Part shown: piece by piece, positions 1-10,905 of the stretch
Layout: each line of letters starts with the position of its first letter
Position numbering within the stretch: position 1 is the first letter of the stretch
Notes under the pieces: generated by a model
The model's input: the letters and a program-made list of their open reading frames with translations, nothing else
Database searches by the model: none
Told to the model about the DNA's origin: nothing
NCBI GenBank assembly: GCA_963798845.1
Contig: CAWCUS010000006.1
Coordinates: 1,088,001-1,152,000, forward strand
Length of the DNA: 64,000 nt
Source: an uncultured Gemmatimonadales bacterium
GTDB taxonomy: Bacteria > Gemmatimonadota > Gemmatimonadetes > Longimicrobiales > RSA9
Direction: 5' to 3'
Translations under genes and position numbers: made by a program

Positions 1-2
1 GC

Positions 3-653
3 TTCGCGCACAGCGCACCCCTCGTGCAGCCGTGCGACCCTGCGCGGCGAGCGGACCGCATCTCTGCCACCCTCAGGGACGTCGTGCTGAACCGCGCGTT
101 CTTCCGCCTGATGGGGGCGCGCCCCGGCCGCCGCGCCCCTTTCGACTTCATCGGTTTGAACTACTATACCAGGACCGTGGTCCGGGGCTCGCGCTCCGGG
201 CTGATTCCGTTTGCCGGATCGGAGTGCCAGTCCGACCACCACGCCGACCGCGGTCCGAGGATGGAAACGGGGTGGGAGGTCTATCCTCGGGGCATGGTCG
301 AGACGCTCCGGCGGTTCTCCGGGTACGGCGTCCCGCTGCTGATCACGGAGAACGGGATCGCGACCACGAACGAGACGCAGAGGACCTCGTTCCTCCTCGA
401 GCACCTGGCCGGCGTCGGGCGAGCGCTGGAGGAGGGGATCGATGTCCGCGGATACATGTACTGGACTCTCATGGACAACTATGAGTGGACGCTCGGGACC
501 ACGGCGCGCTTCGGACTGTACGGCGTCGATTTCGTGACGCAGGAGCGCTCGGCCCGGTCCGTGGTGGGCCCTTTCCGTGAGATCTGCCGCTCACGTTTCA
601 TCCCGCAGCCGCCGACCGACGGCGCTCGCACCGGGGTCGGCTCCCTCTCTTGA
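3..653 (+). CDS. Glycoside hydrolase family 1 (beta-glucosidase-like), C-terminal part, 5' truncated by window
   Basis: GH1 motifs DFIGLNYYT, nucleophile ITENG, RGYMYWTLMDNYEW, RFGLYGVDF. Confidence 0.9.
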   Translation, partial: FAHSAPLVQPCDPARRADRISATLRDVVLNRAFFRLMGARPGRRAPFDFIGLNYYTRTVVRGSRSGLIPFAGSECQSDHHADRGPRMETGWEVYPRGMVETLRRFSGYGVPLLITENGIATTNETQRTSFLLEHLAGVGRALEEGIDVRGYMYWTLMDNYEWTLGTTARFGLYGVDFVTQERSARSVVGPFREICRSRFIPQPPTDGARTGVGSLS

Positions 654-2299
654 GCATCATCGACGCGCGGCGGCTCGATGACGGCCGCACCCTCGATGCG
701 GAAGTTTGCATCGTAGGGGCGGGCGCCGCGGGCCTCTCTCTGGCAGGGGAGCTCGACGGCTCCGGGCTCGGGGTGTGCGTCGTCGAGAGCGGTGGACTGG
801 CCCCTGATCCGGATACGCAGGCGCTTTACGACCTGGAGAGCCGGGGTTATCCGGTGCGCGAGAACTTCATGTCCCGCGCCCGCTACTACGGCGGCAGCTG
901 CAATCTGTGGGCGGGCCGCAGCATGAGGCTCGGCCCGGCCGATTTCGAACCGAGGCCGTGGGTCGCGAATTCCGGATGGCCGCTCCAGTACAGCGAGCTG
1001 AGCCGCTACTACCCGCGGGCCGCGGAGATCATGGGGCTGCCGGACATGGCGGCGTTCGAGACCGAGCGCCACCAGGCGGGCCTTTCCGACGCCGAGCGCA
1101 GGCTGTACCGCGATCCAGCGGTCGAGCCCGCCGTATCGCTCTGGGCGAAGCGGCCCCGACGCTTCGGAGAGAAGTACCGCAGCGCTCTCCGCAAGTCTCA
1201 CAACGTCCGGCTCATCCTCCACGCCAACGCGGTCGGGATCAACCTCCTTCCGGACGGAAGGCGCGTCGAATCGGTGGACCTGGCGACACTCTCGGGCCAT
1301 CGACTCCGTGTGCGCGCGCCCGCTGTCGTCCTGGCCTGCGGCGGGCTCGAGAACGCCCGGCTGCTGCTGGTGTCGCGGGGCCAGCACGCCTGCGGCGTCG
1401 GCAACGCGCACGACAACGTCGGGCGCTACTTCATGGACCACCCGCGCGCTGTCTACGGCAGGCTGCGGGTGCGTGAAGGCGAGCGGCTCTCCCTCCTGGA
1501 TGGTCGGCCGCTGCCGGACGGAAAGGTTCAGCTCGGCATCGGGTTCTCCGCCGAGGTGCAGCGGCGGGAAGGGCTCCTCGACCATTACGCTACCTTCGAG
1601 GCCGAGCACAGCGAATACACGGCGAAGCAGTACCAGTCGTTCATCCAGACCATGAAGGTTCTCCTTCGGCGGGGTTACGCCGGCAGCCGGTGGAAAGTCG
1701 GGCGCGCGCAGCTCGGCGACATTTCCGGCTTGATGTACCTGTTGACGCCGAAGGAGCTGATGCCGCATTCCCTCTACCGGCTGTACTGGAATGCGCGCCG
1801 CCTGCTCACCCGGCAGGACCGTGGCGGCTCCCGGGTGGTGGTCTACTTCTGTGAGCAGCCGCCGGACCCCGAGAGCCGGGTCACCCTGGGCCGGGACCGC
1901 GACGCGCTTGGCGTGAACCGGCTGATCCTGGACTGGAAGGTCGGTGCGGACGTGCGCGAATCGGTGCACCGTCTCCAGGAGCTCCTGGCGCGCCGGCTCA
2001 GGGAGGCGGAAGTGGGTTCGCTCGAGCCCGGCAGCGGAGAGCCGCGCTTCACGGATGCGTCCCACCACATGGGCACCACGCGGATGAGCGAGAGCCCGCG
2101 CAATGGAGTGGTCGACACTGCCTGCCAGGTACACGGCGTGAGTGGGCTGTTCGTCGCCGGCAGCTCCATCTTCCCCTCCGCGAGCCACAAGAACCCGACT
2201 CTGACGATCGTCGCGCTGGCGGTTCGACTGGCGGAGCACCTGGTGAGCAGGGCTTCAGCGCTCGTCCGCGCCGCCACCCCTCCCCCCGGCGCTACGTAG
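650..2299 (+). CDS. GMC-family FAD-dependent oxidoreductase
   Basis: IVGAGAAG Rossmann motif, GRYFMDHP, C-terminal HHMGTTRM and NPTLTIVALA; TTG start overlaps GH1 stop (TTGA). Confidence 0.9.
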   Translation: MSIIDARRLDDGRTLDAEVCIVGAGAAGLSLAGELDGSGLGVCVVESGGLAPDPDTQALYDLESRGYPVRENFMSRARYYGGSCNLWAGRSMRLGPADFEPRPWVANSGWPLQYSELSRYYPRAAEIMGLPDMAAFETERHQAGLSDAERRLYRDPAVEPAVSLWAKRPRRFGEKYRSALRKSHNVRLILHANAVGINLLPDGRRVESVDLATLSGHRLRVRAPAVVLACGGLENARLLLVSRGQHACGVGNAHDNVGRYFMDHPRAVYGRLRVREGERLSLLDGRPLPDGKVQLGIGFSAEVQRREGLLDHYATFEAEHSEYTAKQYQSFIQTMKVLLRRGYAGSRWKVGRAQLGDISGLMYLLTPKELMPHSLYRLYWNARRLLTRQDRGGSRVVVYFCEQPPDPESRVTLGRDRDALGVNRLILDWKVGADVRESVHRLQELLARRLREAEVGSLEPGSGEPRFTDASHHMGTTRMSESPRNGVVDTACQVHGVSGLFVAGSSIFPSASHKNPTLTIVALAVRLAEHLVSRASALVRAATPPPGAT

Positions 2300-2317
2300 C
2301 CGAACAACGGTAAGCCG

Positions 2318-3837
2318 TCACTGACTGCTCGTGATTCCGTCTCCACCACGGTCGACGCGGGGGAGGACGAAATCCTTCCTGCTGATCTCGCCCGTGACCC
2401 ACAGCAAGCCCAGGTACACTCCGCCCAGCGCCGTGATCTTCGCGAGGACGAGCGGTCCTTCCACATCCCACATCGCTGCCGGAATCGCTACCAGGCCCGC
2501 GGCCAGGGCGATGCGGCCGAAAGTCTTCGCCGCCACTGGCGCCCCGAAGTCCCGCCACACGAGCCCCCCCAGGAGCGCTGCCGCGAGTAGGGTCCCGAGC
2601 ATCAGCGACGTGGCCGCGCCAATCGGACCCACGGCGGGGATGAGAAGCACGTTGGCGACGAGCACGAGGGGGATCACGCCCACGAGCACGGCGGCCGCCG
2701 TCCTCTCGCGCCCGGCCGCCATGAGGACGTGCGCGAAGATGTCCAGAAGCCCGAACCAGAGGAACGCGACGAGCTGGAGTACGAGGAAGGCCGCCCCCGC
2801 CCGGTATGCGCTGGAATAGACCACGCCGAGCAGCGAGGACGCGCTCAGACCGACGACGACACAGATCGGAACCGCGAGGATCAGCGCGAACCGGGTGGCT
2901 TCACGGATCTGGCGCCATGCTCCCGCGCGATCACTCCGCGCGAGCGCCCAGGCAATGGAAGCGAACACGACGCCCGACTGGACGATCGGGATCAAAGTGA
3001 GCGTTTGCCCGAGCTTGAGCGCCGCCACGTACTGCCCGACCACCGCATTGTTCCCGTGCCAGAGACTGCCGAGCGACCAGAGATCGAGGCTTGTCAGGGT
3101 TCGCAACGCGATGGAGAAGACCCCCATGGGAAGCGCCAGCAGGGCGAGCTCGCGGAGTACGCCGCCGGCCGGCCGCAACCCCGGAGGACGGTGCGCCGCC
3201 ATCAGATAGAGAAGGGCCGCGAGGGTGCCGAGCACGTTGGCGATCAGAGCCCCTTTGACCGACATGCCGAGGGCGACGAGAGCCAGGACTCCCAGGTACT
3301 TCGCCGCGCCGAGCGTCACCTGGCTCACGCCGACCGGGCCGAAATCGCGCTCGCCCATCAAGATGCCGCGATAGACGTAGTAGACCGCCATGAGCGGCAG
3401 GTCGAGCAGTGCGAGCCGCACCAGCGGGGTGCCGCCCGCGATGCCGAAGAGCCGGGCGATCAGGGAGCGGCCAGCCACCCGATGACGAAGAGAACCCCGG
3501 CTCTGATGAGCACGACGAACAGAGCGCTCCGCTTGACAGCCGGCCTGTCATCCTGGTGCTCCGCGATCATTTTGCCGACGGCTGCGGGAACGCCCGCGTG
3601 GCTGACCATCTCCAGCCACGCCAGCGCCGACAGGACGAGGCCGTAAACCCCGAAGTCGGCCGGACCCAGCTGCCTGGCCAACGTGATCGACACCAGGTAG
3701 CTGAAGACCATGAAAACGGCTTGCGTGATCAGGAGCTGTCGGGTGCCGCGACGTTGGCGAGCTTCGTCTCGATCACGGGCCCTCGCCAGCTCGCCAGGCG
3801 AGGGGTCGCTGGAAGGCGGCGACGCTATGTCACTCAT
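2318..3837 (-). pseudogene. wzx: Wzx/MOP-type oligosaccharide flippase, split by a 1-bp frameshift near 3463
   Basis: ORF 3460-3837 has LARQLGPADFGVY; ORF 2318-3478 continues the multi-TM protein (VGQYVAA, LLIPAVGPIGAA); adding one C to GCT CCC TGA restores ..AAPLIARLFG. Confidence 0.8.
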
Positions 3838-4072
3838 GCTCGGCCAACCCGCCAGGTCAAGGCAACTCTGCGTCGAGCGGGAGGATGTCCAGTCGCGCGA
3901 AGTCCTTCACCCGGCGCTCCACGCCGGGTGAAGGCTCGTGAAAGGAGACAAGGAGCCGGCGTCTCTCGAAGGGGTGGGGGCATTGAGATTCCGAAATTCA
4001 TTGCAGCACGCTGGGGACACGACCTTCCAGGCAGCAAAGGGTGTGCGAGTAGGGAGTCCGCCTCCATCGACT

Positions 4073-5997
4073 TCACGGGTTGTTCGTGGCATGGACGTGC
4101 CGGGCTGCGTTCGCCGGCGACCCCGCGTCGTGCGCCACGCGGGTCAGCAGCTGTTCGATCGCCTCCATGGGTTCGCCTCGCATTACCGTGCGTCCCCAGA
4201 TCTCCAGGCACAGGATGCTGAAGAACCCCTGTACGCGCTGCTCCCACCCCTCCAGGAAAGCGTCCAGGACCTCGCCGCGAAGGCCGAGTTCCTCCTCGCA
4301 GAAACCGTTACGGAAAAGTTCGACGCTGATGAGAGGTGCGAGGTACTCCTTCAGCGGCAAGGGGAACCCGTCTTCTTCCTCTTCCGGATCGTCGCGGGAA
4401 GGTAGTCTTCGGCCACCTTCCGCAGGACCCATTTGCTCGCCCGTTTTCCCACCCGGTACTCCAGGGGAAGATTGATCGCCTTGTGGACCAGTCGATGGTC
4501 GAGGAACGGAACACGGCACTCGATGGAGTTCGCCATGCTCGTCCGGTCCAGTCGGCGCAGGAGCGGCGTGAGGAAATCGCTCAGGTCGGCGAGCATGTCG
4601 CCGAGGAGCGCCCGCTCGATGCGGTGTTCGACGAAGTCGTAGGCGCGCTCACAGCGAAGATGCCAGGCCTGACGGGCGAATCGGTCCGCGAGCTGGATCG
4701 TGAACGGAAGAAGCTCGCGCGTGTGCATGCTCACGGACACCCCGGCGGAGGACAGGCCGAGAATCTGGAGCCTCGCGCGCACACTCGCCGGCAGCCGATC
4801 GAGGAGCGACTGGATCTGAAGGATGCGCCAGGTCTTGCGGTAGCGGTCGTAACCGCCGAAGAGCTCGTCCGCCCCTTCACCGGACAGCAGCACGACGACT
4901 CCGTGGCTTCTCGCGACGCGACAGATCAGGTGGTAAGCGACGGAGTTCGGATGGGTCAACGGGAAGTCGCACTGGTACACCACTTTGGGCAGCTCGCGCC
5001 GGAAGGTCTCGCCGTCCAGCGGAAAGGACACGAACGGCAGCCCGAAATGTTCGGCGAGACGGCGCGCATGGATGCTCTCGTCGAGATCGCTGTACCCCTG
5101 GATGGCCACGTTGAACACCGTGAGGTCGGTCGAATGCCTCGCGGCCATGGCCGTCACGAGACTCGAGTCGAGTCCTCCACTGCACAGAGTGCCGACCGGC
5201 ACGTCACTGACCAGCCGCTGCTCCACGGCGAGAGCGAGCGTCGCGCCGATCTCGGCCACCACGTCGTCCGGAGACGCGTCTCTGTACCGCTGGAACGCGG
5301 TGGGATCGACATGATCGGCCGCCGAGTAGAACTGGCTGTGTCTGGCGGTTCCGCCCTCGATGATCACTATCTCACCCGGAAGCACCGAATGGATGCCCAC
5401 GAGGAGCGTCTCTGGCGTCAGAATGTCGACGTTCCTGTGGAACGACCATTCGAGCAGGGATCGCTGGTCGAGCCTGTGCTCGACACGCTCCCCGTCCAGG
5501 GCCTTGATCTCGGAGGCGAAGGCGATCCCGGCGTCCTGTCGGTGATAGTAGAGAGGCTTGATCCCGTAACGGTCCCGAACGAGGAAGACGGTCTCCGCCT
5601 GTCGATCGTGGACCGCGAACGCGAACATCCCGACGAATCGGTCGAGGCAAGCCTCCCCCCACTCGATGAATGAATGGAGGACCACCTCGGTGTCGGTCTG
5701 GGAGCGGAAGACGTGGCCCAGCGCAACGAGCTCCTCTCGCAGCGCCTTGAAGTTGTAGACCTCGCCGTTGTACGTGATCCACCACCGTTCCGTCGGATCG
5801 CTCATGGGCATGTGACCCGCGTCCGAAAGGTCGATGATGCTCAAACGTACAGAGCCGAGGCATACGTTCTCGTTCAGGACCACGCCGACATCGTCAGGAC
5901 CGCGATGTTGCTCCCCGCCGCACATGCCGCGAACCAGCTCTCTGACCGCACCGCCGTCAGGGACAGAAGAAGAGATCAGCCCTGCGATTCCGCACAT
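4073..5997 (-). CDS. asnB: Asparagine synthase (glutamine-hydrolysing) family amidotransferase; 1-bp frameshift near 4368
   Basis: MCGIAG, HRGPD, NGEVYN, SGGLDSS, SGEGADELFGGY, RVPFLD; expected RKKTGFPLPL continues in the 4073-4519 frame after one missing G. Confidence 0.9.
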
Positions 5998-6210
5998 GTT
6001 CTATCCCTTGAGGGAAAGGGTTCTCAAGATTGCTGGGGTGCGCCGGCACTCGACACGAGGAGAGCCGGCTGGTATCTTCCAGCTCCTCAACAAATGATGA
6101 CGTCGCGATCACAATCCGCCGGTCCCGGTCACATTGCACCGGGGGGCCGCGTGCGGAGCCACCCGATCGTACCAGCGTCGCCCGCAATCCGCTACCTGGC
6201 CGGAGGCCGC

Positions 6211-7113
6211 TTGACACATCTCCCGACGTTCGTCGTGATCGGGGCGACCAAGTGCGGTACTACTTCCCTCTACCAGTACCTCCGGCAGCATCCGGGCATA
6301 TTTCTGCCACAGAAGAAGGAGCTGCACTACTTCACGTACGAGAAGCTGGCCGACAGGGTGGCGGGCCCGGGCGACGAGGACGTCGTGCGATTCGCCTGCC
6401 CGACGAGAGCCGATTATGAGCGCGCCTTCGCCAGCGCGACGACCGAGACGGCTCTCGGTGACATGTCTCCCTCGTACTTCGAGCACGCCGAGGTGAGCGA
6501 TCGGATCCGATCCGAGCTCGAGGACCCTGAGATCGTGCTTCTGCTCAGGAACCCGATCGAGAGGACATATTCACAGTACATGCACCTTGTCCGGGATGCG
6601 AGGGAAAGGCTGCCTTTCCCGGACGCCTTGGATGCAGAGCCCGATCGCGTTCGTGCCGGCTGGGGCAACCTCTGGCATTACACCCGCGGCTCGTTCTACT
6701 CGGATCGCACACAGAAGTACCTCGACACGTTCGGACCCGCGCGCATGAAGGTGGTCCTGTTCGAGGATTTCGTCCGGGGTCCGTCGCGCGTGCTCTCGGA
6801 GCTCTGCGCGTTCCTGGGCGTGGATCCTGCGTGGCGATTCGAGTCGGGGGAGGTCTACAACCGGTCGGGGCGCCCCCATTCCCGTCTCGTGGCTGCCTTC
6901 GTGAACCGCCCCGGCCCCATCGTGAAACGCGTCGTCCGATCCCTCCCCGAACCGCTGGTGCGGGGTGCAAAGCAAGCGATCGCGCGGTTGAACGTCGGAG
7001 AGAAGGGGAGAATCGACGCGCACTCTCGCGCTCGCCTTCGGGATCTGTTCTCGGAAGATGTCGCCCGCCTGGAAGGCATCCTCGGGCGGGACCTCTCGAT
7101 CTGGAACCTCTGA
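6211..7113 (+). CDS. PAPS-dependent sulfotransferase
   Basis: LPTFVVIGATKCGTTSL 5'-PSB loop, KELHYF, LRNPIERTYSQY 3'-PB motif; TTG start with GGAGG RBS at 6202. Confidence 0.9.
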   Translation: MTHLPTFVVIGATKCGTTSLYQYLRQHPGIFLPQKKELHYFTYEKLADRVAGPGDEDVVRFACPTRADYERAFASATTETALGDMSPSYFEHAEVSDRIRSELEDPEIVLLLRNPIERTYSQYMHLVRDARERLPFPDALDAEPDRVRAGWGNLWHYTRGSFYSDRTQKYLDTFGPARMKVVLFEDFVRGPSRVLSELCAFLGVDPAWRFESGEVYNRSGRPHSRLVAAFVNRPGPIVKRVVRSLPEPLVRGAKQAIARLNVGEKGRIDAHSRARLRDLFSEDVARLEGILGRDLSIWNL

Positions 7114-7186
7114 ACCGCCCCCGGCACGCAACCGGGTGGTGTCACGCTTCCACGTGGATGCCCCCCCTCGACCCAGGACTACAGGA

Positions 7187-8074
7187 ATGGAAGTCTGGCC
7201 CAATTTCTTCATCGCGGGAGCGCCCAAAGCCGGGACATCGTCGTTGTATGCGTATCTGCGGGACATCCCCGGCATCTACATGTCGAAGATCAAGGAGCCA
7301 AACTACTTCTCTAGGGTCCTCGTCCCTGACGACCACCCGGTCCGGCCGATCCGCGACCGATCACGGTATCTCCAGCTCTTTTCCGACGTGACCACGGAGA
7401 CCGTGATCGGGGAGGCGAGTCCGACCTATCTTGCCGATCCGGAAGCCGCGAGCCTCATCAACGAGGTGGCTCCGGAGGCGAAGCTGCTGGTCATCCTGCG
7501 TAACCCCGTGGAGCGCGCCTTCTCCCATTATCTCATGATGGTCAACAATGGCGTGGCGCAGGGTTCTTTCCCTGTGGAGATCGAGCGGGGACTTCGCAAC
7601 GAGCACAACAAGAGCCTCATGCTTCTTAGGCCCGAGATCGGCCGGTATTGCGAACAGCTCACCAGGATGTGGCAGGTCATCGACAGGCGCCGCACGCTGG
7701 TGGTGATCTTCAGGGAGTTCAGCGCCGACCCCCGTGGCACGTTGGAGCGCGTGCTGAATTTCCTCGGCATCGACCACCCCCTCGACGACTTCCAGGCGCA
7801 GGTGCACCGGAGATACGGGGTAGCGCGCGGCCCCATGGCCAAGCTGCTCTTCCGGAGCCGGTCCGTCGCCCGTGCGTCGGAGATGCTCTTTTCGCCCCGG
7901 GTCCGAACGGCGATTCGCGAGAGATTTTTCGTGAAGCCGGCCGCGAAGCCGCACATGCCCGACGAGGGTCGTTCGATCCTGACTGCGTATTACGAGGAGG
8001 ATGTCCGCGGCCTGCAAGACCTGCTGGGCCGACCGCTGCCGTGGCCGGATTTGGCTGGTGCGTCACCGCGGTAG
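7187..8074 (+). CDS. PAPS-dependent sulfotransferase (paralogue)
   Basis: PNFFIAGAPKAGTSSL, KEPNYF, GEASPTY, LRNPVERAFSHY. Confidence 0.9.
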   Translation: MEVWPNFFIAGAPKAGTSSLYAYLRDIPGIYMSKIKEPNYFSRVLVPDDHPVRPIRDRSRYLQLFSDVTTETVIGEASPTYLADPEAASLINEVAPEAKLLVILRNPVERAFSHYLMMVNNGVAQGSFPVEIERGLRNEHNKSLMLLRPEIGRYCEQLTRMWQVIDRRRTLVVIFREFSADPRGTLERVLNFLGIDHPLDDFQAQVHRRYGVARGPMAKLLFRSRSVARASEMLFSPRVRTAIRERFFVKPAAKPHMPDEGRSILTAYYEEDVRGLQDLLGRPLPWPDLAGASPR

Positions 8075-9301
8075 AAGGCCAACCTGCTGGTGCGACGCCG
8101 AGGCCGTGGCCGGCGGGCTGTCGAAGATCCCCTGTTCCCTGACCCAGTCCGCGATCGTGTCGGCCAGGATCCGGTTTCCGTTCTGGTTCAAATGCATGTC
8201 CACGGAATAGAATACCGGCTGCTCGGCCCCGCGCCGCCGGAAGAGGTCATACGTATCGAGGACCGGCAGATTCCTCGTCTCCAGCTCAGTCCGCAGCTCC
8301 CGTATCGCGCGCAGCGTCGGAGGGTAGGCGTCGGAGCCGTAGATCTCCTCCTTGCTCGGGATAAGGGCGACGAGGAAGGTCCCGCCTCCGGCCTCCACCT
8401 CCCGCCGCATCTCTTCGAGCGGACCGAACAGCAATTCCCGGAGGTCGGGCGTATCGGCCCGGTCCAGGCCCTGGGCAAGGCGCTGCTGGGACGGGACCGA
8501 CAGGTATACCGTGTCGCCGGCCGGCAGCACCACGACGCCCTTCATCAGTGATCCGCCCAGGTCGGACTTGGTGCGCCGGTACACGGCCGAAACCAGGTAG
8601 GAGCGGCCGAGCAGTGACTTCACGGACTGCCCGATCCGTCGGGACAGCGGCGGCGGCGAATGGGGGCGGCGTGGGGATGCGTGGGTGAGCTCGTACGTCT
8701 TGCGATAATGCGTGTAGTCCGGATCCGGCCGACCTTCGCTGACCCAGTGAGCGAACTTGCGCGTATTGTCCACGTCCCAGAGGACCCAGATGGTGGCAAT
8801 GACCAGCCGCGGATTCAACGGTTCGGCATACTTGCGCCACATGGTCAGCTCCCGCCCCATCCCGCCGCCTACGAGCCCGAGGTTCAGCACGCGGGTTCCG
8901 GGCAGGTCCTTCTGGAGCAGCGTCGTCATGCTGCCGTCGATGCCCACGCCCCGACCTTCCAGGAGTGAGTTGCCGAGGACGGCAATGTCGACCTGGTCCG
9001 GCCAGGGTTCGGGATTCGGGAACCCGAGGTGGTCTGTCCTCAGGACGAACTCGTAATCGGGCGTGCGAATCGTGTCGGTGAGGAACGGCGTCACCCGGGC
9101 GCCGAAATCCGGGTCGGGCACGTACTTTTCGGCCGCACCCGCCGCGTCCATCTGGTCACGGATGATCGCCTGTGAGCGCTCGGTCCCGCCGCGCAGGCGC
9201 AGGCCGATCTCGCCGGCGACCACGGCCAGCGCCACCAGCGCCAGAATCGAGAGCAGCACCATCCGAACTGCGCCGAATCGCTTCTTGTGCTTGTCAGTCA
9301 T
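8063..9301 (-). CDS. Membrane-anchored SGNH-hydrolase-like protein (AlgX/AlgJ-like)
   Basis: N-terminal TM ending EIGLRL; block I-like LGNSL, VLNLGLVG, C-terminal DMHLN (DxH). Confidence 0.7.
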   Translation of the reverse strand: MTDKHKKRFGAVRMVLLSILALVALAVVAGEIGLRLRGGTERSQAIIRDQMDAAGAAEKYVPDPDFGARVTPFLTDTIRTPDYEFVLRTDHLGFPNPEPWPDQVDIAVLGNSLLEGRGVGIDGSMTTLLQKDLPGTRVLNLGLVGGGMGRELTMWRKYAEPLNPRLVIATIWVLWDVDNTRKFAHWVSEGRPDPDYTHYRKTYELTHASPRRPHSPPPLSRRIGQSVKSLLGRSYLVSAVYRRTKSDLGGSLMKGVVVLPAGDTVYLSVPSQQRLAQGLDRADTPDLRELLFGPLEEMRREVEAGGGTFLVALIPSKEEIYGSDAYPPTLRAIRELRTELETRNLPVLDTYDLFRRRGAEQPVFYSVDMHLNQNGNRILADTIADWVREQGIFDSPPATASASHQQVGLLPR

Positions 9302-9359
9302 GCGGGTGTTTTCTCAGGCGGAGAGGACGACGCGTCGCGACGTGGACGGCCGCGTTCGA

Positions 9360-10904
9360 TCAGGCGAAGATGCTCCAGGCGCGTCCTTCGAAATGATCTG
9401 GCGGCTCCACGCCCAGCAGCTGAAGAACGGACGGGGCAAGGTCGAGGATGTGACCCCCGGCGCACGAGGATCCAGCGGAAAGCCCCGGCCCCCGTGCCAG
9501 GACGAAAGCGTTCGGCCGGTGGTTTCCGGTGTAGAACGGAGAAACCTCGTGAGCCGCGGAGCCGGCGATCTCGCCGAGCCGTGGAGTCGCCAGCTCTCGG
9601 CCGATGCGCGCGGCCGCATCCCAGGAGACCATCAGGTCCGGGAGATCCCCGCGCATGGCACCGGGAAACGCGTGCTCGCTGGTGCTGATTCGCTCCGCCA
9701 CGCGTGCGCCGTTGCGGGGATTCTTGAGCTCCTCGAGCTGCTCGCGCACCGCGGCGACGACGTCTTCGGACTCGGGGCCATGCTCTACGATCCCGGCCGG
9801 CTCCCGACCGCGGAGGTTGAGGCGGAAAAACGCCTCGTTCGAGTTCGGGATGCAGAAGACGCGGGAGCCATCCCAGCGGATGGCGTCGTTGACCCATTTC
9901 ATGCTGAGCCGGTAGTGCAGGCTCCGCGGGAGGCAGCGACTGACCGCCTGGCGGGCCTGGAGCGGCACCAGCTGGCGGAGCCTGGAGAGGAGCTTCTTGC
10001 GGGGAGCGGCGCTGTCGTCGCGGGGACGCGCTGCCCGCGCCGTCGGAAAGCCAGCCCATCCTGCGCAGGAGCTCCGGCATGAGATGGCAGCCTGAGTAGT
10101 TCGGCCCCATCCCATCACCCGAGAAGATCATCCCGTGGTCCGGTCGTCCGCTGCCTCCAGGATGTCGCCGATGGCGGCGTCGACCGCCACGTAGACGTCG
10201 CGCAGCGCATCCGGCGCGCTCGCAACGCGTAGTCGCGCGCGGCCGGGTGGAGCGGGTCGCCGGTGTGCCAGAGGTAGTGACCCGCGCCGTGCGGCTCACC
10301 GAACGAGACAAACACCATGTCCCACGGTTTCGTCGTCAGGAGCCAGCGCGCCGCGCGGCCCTTGGTGCGGGCGCCCTCCACCAGTCGATCGCGGAACGGC
10401 GCGGGGTCCGGCACGCTCAGCACGTGCAGGTGCTCGGGCCCCGGATAGGGTCCGACCGCGCGCGTCAGCTCCCGGCGCAACCCGCGCGGCGTCGAGCCGG
10501 GTGAGCCGAACCAGGTCCACGTCCCATACTCGAGGATCTGGAGGCCGCCGAACCCGGGGAGCGGGTAGTCCATGAACGCGTCGAAGACGATGCAGCGCCG
10601 ACCTGCCTCATCGAGCTGCGCCCAGAACGGCGGGAGGCCGGATGCGGAGGGATCGGTGCGGTGCAACGCCCTGCACACCCGGGCTCGTCTGGTAGGCGTG
10701 GTAAAGCCCGTGGTGTCCGGGTGACGCGCCCGTGTAGATGGTCGGCCACGCCGAGACGTGCAGGATGTCCGCGGTCGTGCCCAGCCGCCCCCATGCGCCC
10801 TCACCGCGCAGCGCCGCCAGGTGCGGGAGGTCGCCCTCGTCGCACCAGCGCTCGATCAGGTCCGCATCGGCGGAGTCCAGCCCGATCAGGAGGAGACGCG
10901 ACAT
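9360..10904 (-). pseudogene. Alkaline-phosphatase-superfamily protein (type I phosphodiesterase-like), about 4 frameshifts
   Basis: Fragments in successive frames: LLIGLDSAD..SAWPTIYTG..HG; PPFW..FGEPHGAGH; DVYVAVDAAIG; FSGDGMG; NLRGREPAGIV..GNHRPNAF; collinear with 11979-13616; shifts near 10668, 10225, 10135, 10025. Confidence 0.8.
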
Positions 10905-10905
10905 G

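Noticed and set aside
3838..4405. 155-aa plus-strand ORF 3938-4405 and nearby short ORFs
   Set aside because: Largely antisense to the frameshifted asnB C-terminus; no motif.
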